This document shows, one piece after another, positions 27,633-38,700 of a stretch of DNA of 64,000 bases; the first letter of the stretch is position 1, and every line of letters begins with the position of its first letter. Source of the DNA: an uncultured Elusimicrobia bacterium. GTDB taxonomy: Bacteria; Elusimicrobiota; Elusimicrobia; Elusimicrobiales; UBA9959. The translations under genes and the position numbers were made by a program. Location of the stretch: the NCBI GenBank assembly GCA_903867985.1, contig CAIPTO010000083.1, positions 20,664-84,663 of the forward strand, written 5' to 3'. The notes below the pieces were generated by a model, which did not search any database, was not told where the DNA came from, and saw only the letters and a program-made list of their open reading frames with translations.

Positions 27633-28475
27633 TCAAATCCAGAGGCCGACGGAGAAAAGCAGGCCGAAAACGGTCACGAATTTAGCGGTTTCTCTGACCA
27701 GATGGCGGAAGTCCCCGCCGGCGGATATCGCTTCCAGTTTGAGAGCTAACGGCAACGAGACAGCGACGAAGACAGCAGGCCAGAGACCGAGGGTTATGGC
27801 TAAAGCGTAGGGAGTGAATAAGAGAGCCCGATAAAATGTTCTGGACCTTTCAGGTCCCAGCAGTCCTGCCAGCGTTTTTATTCCGGAATCCAGGTCAGAA
27901 TTGATGTCGCGCATATTGTTGGCATGAAGTACTGCTGTTATCAAAAGTCCAACCGGCACCGAGGTCCACAGGGCTTCAGGGAGAATCTTCCCAGTCTGGA
28001 TAAGCGCTGTGCCGGTTACCATGAGCGGACCAAAAGCGAAAAATATTCCCAGGTCGCCTATCGCCCTGTATTTATAGCTTACGCCGCCAGCCGTATAGAA
28101 CCAGGCCAGCAGAAAGCCGGCCGCGCCCAGAACGAGCATGAGCGGGAGGCGGTGCGTTACGGAAAGATATAAGCCTATGGCCGCTCCGGCGGCGAACAGA
28201 GCTACAGTAAGGCGCAGGGCCGCGGCCGGGGTGATCAGGCCATCGACCAGCGCGCGGTCATCCGAAAGGCCCGGCTTATCCACTCCGTTCTTGAAGTCAA
28301 AATATGTGTTGGCAAGATTAGCTCCGGAGTGGACAAAAATAGCCGCCAGCAGAATCAGTATGAAATCCGCCCAGGAAAAAGCGCCGGTGTTGTGTGCGAC
28401 GACCGATCCTAATATCACCGGCACGACCGAGGCCGGCCAGGAATAAGCCCTAAGGATGATCAAAATTTTCTTCAT
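27633..28475 (-). CDS. menA: UbiA-family prenyltransferase, MenA-like (1,4-dihydroxy-2-naphthoate polyprenyltransferase)
   Basis: Polytopic membrane protein with Asp-rich motif NTYFDFKNGVD. Start chosen at MKKILII (28475) rather than the upstream Met at 28502. Confidence 0.7.
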   Translation of the reverse strand: MKKILIILRAYSWPASVVPVILGSVVAHNTGAFSWADFILILLAAIFVHSGANLANTYFDFKNGVDKPGLSDDRALVDGLITPAAALRLTVALFAAGAAIGLYLSVTHRLPLMLVLGAAGFLLAWFYTAGGVSYKYRAIGDLGIFFAFGPLMVTGTALIQTGKILPEALWTSVPVGLLITAVLHANNMRDINSDLDSGIKTLAGLLGPERSRTFYRALLFTPYALAITLGLWPAVFVAVSLPLALKLEAISAGGDFRHLVRETAKFVTVFGLLFSVGLWI

Positions 28476-28579
28476 ACAACGGTATGGAAAGATACAAAGC
28501 AATTTAGACGCATAGCAATACGGGAATTTGGCTAAATCACTTTATATCTAAACTGCTTTACCTCCAGCGGGCTTTACCT

Positions 28580-29542
28580 TTACTTTGTCCGCGTTGAGAA
28601 GGCAGAAATGTAATCCATGAAAGCGGTGGCCGCTTTTCGTTCTGGCAGGCGCGCTATTTCCGTTTCGAGGGCGCGGATTTTTACCGCAGCCAGAGCCCGT
28701 GCGCTGTCGGTGAATCCGTTCTCCCTTATGATGGCCGCTATGCGGAGCGCGGGAGCCAGATCTCTGTTCTCGCCTGCTTGCAAGGCCGTAAGATTTCTTT
28801 CTATTTCTTCGCAGAAGCGGGAATCGTTTATAGCAAGTATCAGGGGGAGGGTGGTGCGACCCTCCGTAATATCTTTTAATGCGTCCTTGCCGGTCAGTCC
28901 GGTTTCGCCTTCAAAGTCCAGAATGTCGTCCACAATCTGGAAGACTACTCCGGTTTCCCTGCCTATGGTCTCGCAGGCGTCGCGCAAATCCGGCTTTTTA
29001 GCCACACATGCCGCAGTCGTGGCGCACCAGCGGAAGAGTTCTCCGGTCTTAAGCTGTAAGATGCGCTCCGCCTGTTCGGCCGAAATCTTTTTATAGCGGA
29101 GGTTTTCCTCAAGGAGAGCGCCTTCTGTCATGCTGCGCACGGTTTTTACCAGGTCGCCGGGTGTCTCGGGGGTGATATTAACGGCGTAATCAAAAGCGAA
29201 TGATGCAACCAGGTCCCCAACCAGTATGGCGGTATTGACTCCCAGCTTTTCGTTCAGTGTGGGCAGGCCGCGCCTGAGAGACGACCTGTCGACGCAGTCG
29301 TCGTGCATAAGTGAAGCTGTGTGGATTAATTCAGCCGTGGCGCCGATGCGTTCGGCCGCGGCACGCTGGAGGCCGAGCGCGTCTCCGAGCAGCAGCGTGA
29401 AGCGTGACCTGACCGCCTTGCCCATAAAATTAAAGTTGTTCCTGCTGCGGTCGTATACCGTCTTATCCACGCGGTCCAGCAGCGAATTTATTTCCAGATT
29501 TATGCGGTGGAGTGAATCGTCAATAGAAATGATCTTATTCAT
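28580..29542 (-). CDS. trans-Polyprenyl diphosphate synthase (IspB/HepT-like)
   Basis: First Asp-rich motif LMHDDCVD and second FQIVDDILDF. Confidence 0.88.
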   Translation of the reverse strand: MNKIISIDDSLHRINLEINSLLDRVDKTVYDRSRNNFNFMGKAVRSRFTLLLGDALGLQRAAAERIGATAELIHTASLMHDDCVDRSSLRRGLPTLNEKLGVNTAILVGDLVASFAFDYAVNITPETPGDLVKTVRSMTEGALLEENLRYKKISAEQAERILQLKTGELFRWCATTAACVAKKPDLRDACETIGRETGVVFQIVDDILDFEGETGLTGKDALKDITEGRTTLPLILAINDSRFCEEIERNLTALQAGENRDLAPALRIAAIIRENGFTDSARALAAVKIRALETEIARLPERKAATAFMDYISAFSTRTK

Positions 29543-29737
29543 GTGATAAAAAGTATTTTAGCATAAAACGATTGCCGCATAATTAAACCGGCAGCCACTA
29601 TGCGCGCTTGGTCGGCAAGGGTGGCCGGCTTGATAACCATAGCTTCTGGTCCGGCACTACCATAGGTTTGTATGGCCGCAAAACGCGCTTTGTTATGCGG
29701 GGGAAAGGTTTAATTGAAACTCTCAGACTGATATCGG

Positions 29738-29766
29738 TTGACATGCGTGAAACGGATGCTTATAAT
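29738..29766 (+). promoter_or_regulatory. Perfect consensus sigma70 promoter for the FecR-OMP-giant protein-PorV-like locus
   Basis: TTGACA (29738-29743), 17 nt spacer, TATAAT (29761-29766). Predicted leader of about 145 nt before the ATG at 29920. Confidence 0.7.
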
Positions 29767-29919
29767 ACTAAGATAGGGTTGGGAATACAAGTTGAATTTA
29801 TAAATGCAATCGTGAATTACCGGAGCTTAAGCTCAGGCAATTGCCCCGATAAATATCAGGCTGGCGACGTATTGGCGTTTGTTAGTCGTATGAGGCTGAT
29901 GAAAGAGGTTTTAACACTT

Positions 29920-31356
29920 ATGAGATACATATCGTCATTATTTGTGATTATTGTTTTTGCCGGCTTTTCCTCAGCGGCGTATCTTTCCGGCTACCGGGGG
30001 GAGGTGAGCCTGAAAAAGACCGGGACCGCTGAATGGGTCAGGCTCAGCGAAGAGAAAAAAATTGAGTTAAACGAGGGCGATGAGATACGCACTGCGCGCG
30101 CATCTACCGTCGAGGTCTATATGGAAGACGGCTCCAGAATAAAACTGGCGCCGGTTACAGCTTTTAAAATGAGCGCCGAAAACAAAGATGTTGTTTCGTT
30201 GGGCCTTTACTTTGGCCGCGTCAGATCCTGGGTTAAGAAATTATCGCGTAAATTTGAAGTGCGCACTCCTTCCGCGGTCTGCGCCGTGCGCGGCACGGAT
30301 TTTATGGTTTATTCCGATGAGGGCGGCAACACCCGCGTAGAGGTATACGAAGGCACGGTTCTTGCCGGTGACGCCCATGGCCGCACAATACTTGTACGCC
30401 AGGGGGAATTTAGTGATATTCCGCGCGGCGGGAATGTAGGCGCTCCCAGGGGGCACTCAGGTTCGCCCTCCAATATGGATTCTTCAATCGGCGACGCGGT
30501 TACGATCGCCAGGAAGGAGATCTACGGTGAAATTTCCAAAGAGGACGTTATCTCCAGGGCCCAGCAGGAAATACAGTCCGCAGAATACCAGAACCGTAAA
30601 GTGGCGATAGACGCTTTCGGCAATCGCGTGCGCATGGAGGAGTATGTCATCCGTCCGGCGGCCGATCAGTTCAAGTATGTTGTTCTGAATACGCGCGCGG
30701 ATCGGTTCGACTTCGGGAAAATACTGTTCACTTTCGATAAGGCCCTGCCTGACGACCTTACGCTTGCCACCACCAACATGACCAGCTCCGCCTCACAGCC
30801 GGAGTGGGTGCTTACAGCGATGAATAGCGTCATGTCCAATACCATCGATAAGGTGACGGAGGACGCCTCCGGGGGAAAGATGGTCCCGGATAACGCCGCC
30901 AATCCGTCCGTGTGGACTCATTTCTTTCCCCAATATGCGGTTTACGCGGCAGGGCCTGCCGAGGCGGGCGATAACGGAGGCTTGGGCAAGAACCTTTGGT
31001 CTTATGCTGATCTGAACTCCGACAACGCCATTCAGTCCGGAGAGATGTCATTCCTGGGCGGCTCCGCGCCGGCCGGGGTTACCCTCTTTCCCGCCGGAGA
31101 GGATGTGTTCAATACCGTGATCAAGAATACTTACAGCGACGGCACCTGGATACAAGCCGCCGACTACGTAGTTTTTGATGACGGCAAAATTGTGAGCAAG
31201 GGGGATTTCGCCTCGCGGCTTGACGAAACCATGGACACTGTCACGGATAAGCTAAATTTTGAAAGGGTTTACACGAGCTCGCTTTTCGGCGGCCGCAAGA
31301 TAGATCTGGAATTCTCTGCCAAGCTCCTCAAAGACGCCGGACTATTGAGATTTTAA
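29920..31356 (+). CDS. Secreted FecR-domain protein with a C-terminal region of about 330 aa of unknown fold
   Basis: Start at ATG 29920 (AAGAGG RBS about 10 nt upstream; the consensus promoter lies inside the longer ORF call). Signal peptide MRYISSLFVIIVFAGFSSAAYL. FecR-type segment GEVSLKKTGTAEW...LNEGDEIRT...VRTPSAVCAVRGTDFMV...VYEGTV. No cytoplasmic anti-sigma domain. Confidence 0.75.
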   Translation: MRYISSLFVIIVFAGFSSAAYLSGYRGEVSLKKTGTAEWVRLSEEKKIELNEGDEIRTARASTVEVYMEDGSRIKLAPVTAFKMSAENKDVVSLGLYFGRVRSWVKKLSRKFEVRTPSAVCAVRGTDFMVYSDEGGNTRVEVYEGTVLAGDAHGRTILVRQGEFSDIPRGGNVGAPRGHSGSPSNMDSSIGDAVTIARKEIYGEISKEDVISRAQQEIQSAEYQNRKVAIDAFGNRVRMEEYVIRPAADQFKYVVLNTRADRFDFGKILFTFDKALPDDLTLATTNMTSSASQPEWVLTAMNSVMSNTIDKVTEDASGGKMVPDNAANPSVWTHFFPQYAVYAAGPAEAGDNGGLGKNLWSYADLNSDNAIQSGEMSFLGGSAPAGVTLFPAGEDVFNTVIKNTYSDGTWIQAADYVVFDDGKIVSKGDFASRLDETMDTVTDKLNFERVYTSSLFGGRKIDLEFSAKLLKDAGLLRF

Positions 31357-31434
31357 GTGACTGGTGTCGGGCGACGAGCGTGGAAAAACAGACTTCGGAT
31401 TTGTGGTCAACAATTATAGAAAGGGACTTTTTAT

Positions 31435-32682
31435 ATGAAAAAAACAAAGATCTCAGTCCTGAAAATATTCAGGTTTTTTATTCTTATCGCTCTTCCAGCT
31501 GCGTTGGCACCGCTGCCCCGCCTTTACGCACAGGTAAGGGTAATACCGGTGGCTAATATCTCTCTGATGGGAGGGAAATATTATCTGGACGATAAGGCGG
31601 CCTCTTTTCAGGGCAAGGCGGACGCTTTCATCTCGTCCGATATCAAGTTTTCGGAATCCAGCGATCTTATCCCGGTCTATTCAGGCTACTATAACGGCAC
31701 GCAGGATATTCAGGAGCTGGCCGGCGGCGGCGTACTGACGCGCAAGCGCCAGGGCCACACTTTTTCTTTGAAGTATGTGAATACCAGGGAGTTCGATAAA
31801 TATAAACCGCGGGTCTCGTATTCTAAAAATCTTATCAGCGAGACCAAAGATGAAAAATGGGGTGACGGTTTATTTGATTATGCCACCTTTTCGGCCGGCT
31901 TCGAAGCCGAGCAGGAGCGCCCGTATGGTACCTTCACCGAATCCTACGACTATTACTCGGTAAAGTATGGCAATTACGCCACACTGCTTTCCAAGTCGCA
32001 GACCGTTATCGACACCGCCACTTTCAACGAGCTTTCCGCTAACGCCGGAGCCAACACCATGGACAATGTGAACCACCGCCTGGGCTTCGCCTATACCTGG
32101 TTCCCGGACCCTTTGGTGCTGCAGGCCGGTTGCGATTTCACCTGGCGCGGCTATGGCGATCAGGCCGTGGTGTCCCGCCCGGTGGCCGGTTCGCCGTTCT
32201 TCAAGACCGACAAGCGATCAGACTTTCTTCAAAATGTCACTTTCAGGCTGACCCGCAATATCAAACCGCTGATGCTTTCTGTCGGCTCCCGCGTTTCTTA
32301 TTTAAGTTCGAATCAGAACTCGTATGACGCCTCCAGGACTAAGTTTATAGAGGATTATTACAGCTATGTGGAGTTCGGAGTTTCTCCGTCCATGAATTTT
32401 GCTTTCAAGAACGGCGCCATGTTCGGATTCTCGGTGGATTATTCAAAGCTTTATTACCTTGGCCGCCTTAAGCAGGATGACGCGGGCAATTATTCCAGGA
32501 CAAAGGCCAACCAGGACACCTGGCTTACCTCGCTTTCAGTCCGCTACCCGGTCATGAACAGGTTTTTCGCCCGTGCGGGGTACAATTACCAGATCGCAAG
32601 TTCCAATACGCGTTATGAGGCGAATTACAAATACAACTATCGGGCCAGTACTTACCTGATGGGTCTGGAGTGGGAGTTTTAA
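31435..32682 (+). CDS. Outer-membrane beta-barrel protein, family unknown
   Basis: Signal peptide, alternating hydrophobic beta-strand pattern rich in Y/S/N/G. C-terminal OMP signature ending in ...YLMGLEWEF. Confidence 0.6.
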   Translation: MKKTKISVLKIFRFFILIALPAALAPLPRLYAQVRVIPVANISLMGGKYYLDDKAASFQGKADAFISSDIKFSESSDLIPVYSGYYNGTQDIQELAGGGVLTRKRQGHTFSLKYVNTREFDKYKPRVSYSKNLISETKDEKWGDGLFDYATFSAGFEAEQERPYGTFTESYDYYSVKYGNYATLLSKSQTVIDTATFNELSANAGANTMDNVNHRLGFAYTWFPDPLVLQAGCDFTWRGYGDQAVVSRPVAGSPFFKTDKRSDFLQNVTFRLTRNIKPLMLSVGSRVSYLSSNQNSYDASRTKFIEDYYSYVEFGVSPSMNFAFKNGAMFGFSVDYSKLYYLGRLKQDDAGNYSRTKANQDTWLTSLSVRYPVMNRFFARAGYNYQIASSNTRYEANYKYNYRASTYLMGLEWEF

Positions 32683-32778
32683 ACAGAGGGCTGGGAACTG
32701 ATAATTAAGTTCGGTCAGACCTTAAAAACATACGGCTTGCAGTCTGCGGCTTATGCCGGGTATTTTTTAGGAGAAATT

Positions 32779-35700
32779 ATGTTTAACATTAGAAAAAATA
32801 TTTTAACTCTGACGACCGCGGCCGGTCTCTGGGCCGGATTGATCGGAAGCGCCGGAGCCGTTGCCACCCTTCCCCCGAGCGGGCTTAGCGTGGTAAGCGG
32901 CGATTATAACGGTTCCGTGAATCTATCCTGGAACGCGCCGGAAGCGCTTGCGGGAGGTAAATTTTACATTCAGTACAGCACTACGAACGGTCCATGGATC
33001 TCTACCGGTTCGGCGCAGATCGTCATAACCACTGCCACTATCGGGGCTCAGAGTATGCGCGTAAGCGGTCTGGAGTATGGCCGTAATGGCTCCGACCCCG
33101 CTTTCATATACTACTTTCATGTCTGGATAGAAAACACCGGCATCGTTTCCGCCCCTGTCACATCGGTTTCCGCTATTCCTTTGACCCCGGCCGCGCCTTC
33201 CACAGGCGTTTTGGCGCTGGCTGCCGGCTCTGTGCTATCCATAAACTCCCAGGGAGGCGGCTACGGATCCAAGCTTGCCGTAGACTCGTCCGGGAATTAT
33301 TACGCGCTTGCTTCCATGATGTTTTCATCATCAACCACGGGCACCGGTGGGACGAACTCATCGTCAGCCATAGCCCTGATAAAATTTTTACCGTCCGGCG
33401 CCGTGTCGTGGTACCGCGCGTACAACAGCACGATGAGTCTCTCCGGTTCGGATTGGACCAATGATCAGGCTACCGCCATGGCTCTCGGTTCGGACGGGAA
33501 CCTGATCATAGCCGGTAGGATAGATAAAGGCGCTAATGTCATGTTAAGGAAGTACACCGCCAACGGAGATATCTTGTGGACGAGGCTAATTGCGGCGGAT
33601 ATGTCCAGCAATAGCCGCATCAACGCTATTTCCATAAATTCCTCTACCGAGATATATACCGCAGGCGAGAAGTATTCCGGCACCGGGAATCTGTGGCTGG
33701 CAAAATTTAACAAGGATGGCGTCCAGCAGGGAGCGAACGCTTTTTATTCCAACGCGCAGTCCGGTTCATACGCCGGCAACGGGATAGCGTTGTATGGGGG
33801 GTATATTTATGTGGTCGGCACCAGGAATGTCCGCAACAACGACGACATCTTTGTGGAGAAATATGGAGATACCTGGCCCACGGTCCCGACACAGATCGGA
33901 GCGGTTACCGCAGGCGGTCCCAATTACGACCAGGGAAAGGGGATAAAGATAGACGCTTCGGGTAGCATTTTTGTGACAGGCGCGTATTATAGTTCCGCCA
34001 CGTATAATAATGCCTGTTGGACCGCTAAGTACGATTCCTCGCTTGTTCAGCAATGGCAGGACCTTTATTCCTACAGCGGTAATATGGCCTCCGGCGCGGC
34101 GCTGGAACTGGATCTAACCGGCAACGCTTATATTACCGGCAGTGAATATCGTAGCGACATATACCAGGGTGGCAATCTTTTGCTGCTGAAATATTCACCT
34201 GGCGGCGCGCGCCTGATGGTTCGCAGCGTGGACTACAATAAGGGTTATGAAGAAGGTTACGACGTTAAAGTGTCCAGCCTGGGCGTGATTTACGCCGTCG
34301 GAAGTTTCCCGAACGTGAACATGGGAACGAGTGTGAGCAGCCTGGGGATATATAAACTGGATATGACTTCGTCATCCTCCGGGCTTCTGGCCGACAAGGG
34401 CCCTTTCACCGGTTCCGTGAACCTGAGCTGGCTCTACCCGGCCGCCATGCCTGCCGGTTCCAAGTATTATGTTCAGTACAGCACTTTTTACAGTGTAAAC
34501 TGGTCCACGGCCTCCGCGGCAGAGTTCCCCATTAATGCCGCCGTCTCCGCTTTGTCGGCGCAAACCCACACGGTAGGCGGCCTGCAGGCCGCCCGCGGCG
34601 CCCTGAACAATATCAGCTCGCCTGTATATGCGTTTAGGGTCTGGTATTATAACGGAACAACTCTTACCGCCCTGCCCAACCTTGCTACTGCCTACACTAA
34701 CGTCCCCACCGCTCCGACAGAGAGCGTGATCACCAGTGCGGACGGTAATTTGCTCAAGCAGCTGGACGGCACGCCCGTCATGGGCTGGACCTCCGGCCCT
34801 TCCTTGGCCCGTGATAATGCCGGCAATGCCTATATGCTTTTTAGCGCAAATTTAGGCGTGGCCAGAGCTGATAACGCGGGTATCGCTCTCAGGAAATACA
34901 ATCCCTACGGTACACTTCTCTGGACCCGCTTCTATCACGGCGAACTTTCCGCCACCTATAACGCTTCCGCCATAGCCGCGGACGCGGACGGCAATATTAT
35001 AATAGCCGGCGAGGAGAACGCGCCCTCGCTGGAACAGGGTGACAATATCTGGGTCAGTAAGCTGGACTCCGACGGCAACCAGATCTGGACCAGAATTTAT
35101 GACGGCGCCGGTCATGGCGACGACTCCGTCAAAGCCGTGGCAACAGACGTTTCCGGAAATATTTATGTTACCGGCAAAGTTGAGGGTGCTTCCGGATCAG
35201 ATCTCGTTGTGATAAAATACACCGCGGCCGGCAGTCCTACGGCGCAAACCTATGATGGCGGCTCGACCGATGAAGGCACGGCTATAGACGCGGGAGCAGA
35301 CGGTTTCGTTTATGTGACCGGTAAATCCATGATCAACGCGTCTGGAGCGGATCCGGCCCATTATAGAATGATTTTCATTAAGTATAATTCTTCCCTTGCG
35401 TTTTCCTCAACCTGGACCAATAATCCTTTCTTTTACGAGTATCGCGCTGACAGGGATAATATTCCCTACGCCGTAAAGGTTTCTACGTGGGGCGACATCT
35501 ATGCCGCCGGTCAGGTATATGTTATCGGCTCCGATCTGCTGGATGCCTGGGCTGCCAGGATATCTCCGGCCGGTGTTATTACTTCCACTTCCGCTTCCGG
35601 CGCCGCCAGCGAATTCAGAGCGCTCACAATTTCCACCGCGACCGGAGAGGTCTTTGCCGCCGGCCGCCAGATATATCCCGTAGAAACGTTATGGTTCCAG

Positions 35701-38700
35701 AAACTAAACCCCTCTGACGTGAGTTACATGTGGAGCAAGAAGTTCCCTAATATCGGTCTGACCGGGCCTATATCCCCCGTGAATATCGTTATAGACAGCC
35801 GGGGGGACTTCAGCCTGAGCGTGATTATTTCCACCACGGTCAGCAGCCAGCCCGGTAGTTTTAAATTCAGTTCGCCGGCGGCGGCTATGTCCGCTGGTGT
35901 CACCGCGATCACTGGAACCGTGCCCGGCGGCGCGGAGCTATCCTGGGTCACCGGCGTCGCTCTGCCGGCCGGAACCTCTTATTATGTGCAGGCCAGCACC
36001 TGGAATGGCGGCTGGGATTTCGCCCTCGCGAAGCAGTCTTATCCGTCCCCCTACCAATATCAGCCACAGGCGTATACCGAGGGTTCGCTTGTCCGCATCA
36101 AAGCAGGTGATCTCACCGCCGGCCGCGACGCGCGGGGCAATACAACAGCGCCTTACTATTTCAATGTCTGGTACTATGCGGGCGGCGTCAGTACCACTAC
36201 GGTAACCGGTAATCCCTCAGCTCTGCCGAATATCCCAGTGATTTCAGAGACTTCCTACCCATACCCGCTCGGGCAGCTTTACCTGACCACGGGTCTCAAC
36301 ACCACCAGTCCGGTCAAAATGGTCCGTGCCGTTTCGGGAGATATCTATCTTGCCATCCAGACCTATTCCTCACAGGGCGACGCCTCATCTTCCGTCATCC
36401 TCAAAAAGTATAACCTGAGCGGCGTTTTGCAGTGGGTGCGCTATTATTTCTCGGGCAACGGCAGCGGCCTGCGTGCCTTGGCCAGCGACGCTTCCGGTAA
36501 TGTTTACATTTCCGGTTCCGGAAGGGACGCTGCCGGGACCAATCCATATATCGCAAAGTATTCCGACGCCGGAGAATTGCTCTGGTCCCGGACCATTCCT
36601 TCACGCGGAGCTTATGAGGATTTCAGCGGCTTAACGGCCGCGTCCGACGGAAGTATCTATCTGACCGGGCAGTACAACGCGGTAAGTTCAGGCGCGAATA
36701 TCTCCAGTGGCGCCGCTCTTCTGGCCAAGTATTCTCAGGCCGGAGTCCTGCTGGCTTCCTCAACGTATAGCGGGAGTTACAACTCTGTCCGGGCCGTTGG
36801 GATAACCTATAACGCGGTTGACGGCAATCTTTATGTGTCAGGCCAGGCGGGCATAAACACCTCCACAGCCTGCTTCTGGGTAGGAAAGTTTGACACCGGC
36901 CTGACATTCGTCGCAGATAAAAAATACTGTCCTTCCGCGCCCTATGGTTATTCATCCGGCAACACTATCAAAGTTGACGCTGCCGGCAGCATCTATGCCG
37001 CCGGCAGCGTTTATGACCAGTACCAGTATGACAATATGTTTATTGTGAAACTCACCCCGGCTCTTTCTGAGGTCTGGTCCAGCACCTACAATTCACCGGC
37101 CAATTCCTACGAATCAATACAGGGCCTTGCGGTGGACACGAGCAGCGGTGCGTATGTCAGCGGCTACGAGAACCGCAGCGACCTTAATCAGGGGTATAAC
37201 CTTTTCTTCAGGAAATACAATACCGGAACCGGCGACATAGTCTGGACCAATACTTTTAACAGTTCCGGGAACTCCTACGAGTATGCCGATGACATAGCCG
37301 TGGACTCATCCGGTTTCGTCTATGTGCCGGGCAGCTATAGCTATGGTGTTAATTACCAGTACGCCGCCGGCTATTTCAAATATAAACAGTTCAGCACTTC
37401 CGCCACCAATCCGATTATCACCGCATCCGTTAAATATAACGGGAGCAGCACGCCGCTGAAGGACGTGAATGTGATTTTGTTAGCGTTTAATCAGACGGGG
37501 GGGATGGACCCAGCCGGCATCCGGGTCAGCGCCACGGACGCCAACGGCAGATTCTCGGCCGCCGTGCCGGGCGGTTTAAAGTATTTTATCGGCCTTTCCA
37601 CACCCGGCTATGTGCCTACCGTAAAGGACCAATTAATGGATCCCAGCGGCAATTTTTACCTTACGCTCAACAGTGATACCACGAGAGAATTCTCTCTTTA
37701 TCCACGTGCGGCCTCTGACCCGATAAGCACACTGACCGTCAATGTTTCCGAGGGCCTGACGCCCGGTGACTTTCTGATGGGCGAGGTTTCAGTCAACAGG
37801 ACCGGAGAAAAAGTAGCCTACGGTGTATTGGCGGCCAGCGCCCCGGCCGGCCAGCTCCAGATTTTCAACGTGCCGTCCGCTCCGGCCGGAACCTACGGCG
37901 TGGCTTTGAGCGTACCCGGGAAGAATAAGTTCCTGAATTTTTTCCTGGACACAGCCTTTCCGGCCGATTCGGTTTACACGGTCAACATGTCCAGCGCTAT
38001 TTCTTCCAGCGGCGGTTTTGACACCTCCGGTTCCACCGTTCCTCCCTCTTTTCAGGGCGTAGTGCGCAGCAGTCCGACCATGGTTCCGTTGGAGGGCGCA
38101 AGGATAGAATTATTCATAAATCAGTGTTCCGGGGCCAACACCTGTTCCAAAGCGATTAGCTATGAGAATCTTACCGACGTAAACGGCCAATTCAGTTTCT
38201 ATAATCTCCCTTCCACTTCCACGCCGTATAATGTGAATGTTAAGAAACAGGGCTCGCGCAGCTGGTTTGACATGATCATGATCTCAAGCATGCCGGCGGG
38301 CGCCAATACAGCCGCTGCCGTGGCGCAGTACCGCGAGTACGCACTTTTCCCGGCCACTTATACTTTAACCGGCCTGATCAAATATAACGGTATACCCGTA
38401 CCCAACGCCCGAGTCATGGTCTACGGCGACTGGGCCACCGGCTCCGGGGACGATTCCTATTCCGGTTATTGGGACGGGGCCATGCAGAGCGACGCCCAGG
38501 TTCGCACCGGGGCGGACGGTTTATTTACCGCTGAAGGTCTGCCGGACGGCCGCGTGCGTGTGAATATGGACTTTATGGGCAACTGGCGAGACCTGAATAA
38601 CGGCCCGGATGGTACCAACGGCAACTCTGACGACTTGAAGATAATAATTTCTTCCGCCGGGGCCACCGGTCCCAGCGAGCCGGGAGGCAATCCCTGCCTG

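Noticed and set aside
29608-29919. Upstream 104 codons of the ORF-track call 29608..31356, giving a longer FecR protein.
   Set aside because: The extension has no signal peptide or recognisable domain, and the perfect TTGACA-17-TATAAT promoter lies inside it. ATG 29920 has an AAGAGG RBS and is followed immediately by a signal peptide.
32737-32778. Non-ATG (TTG) start 14 codons upstream of the giant protein's ATG.
   Set aside because: ATG 32779 has an AGGAG RBS about 6 nt upstream and begins a classical signal peptide. The TTG start has no RBS.
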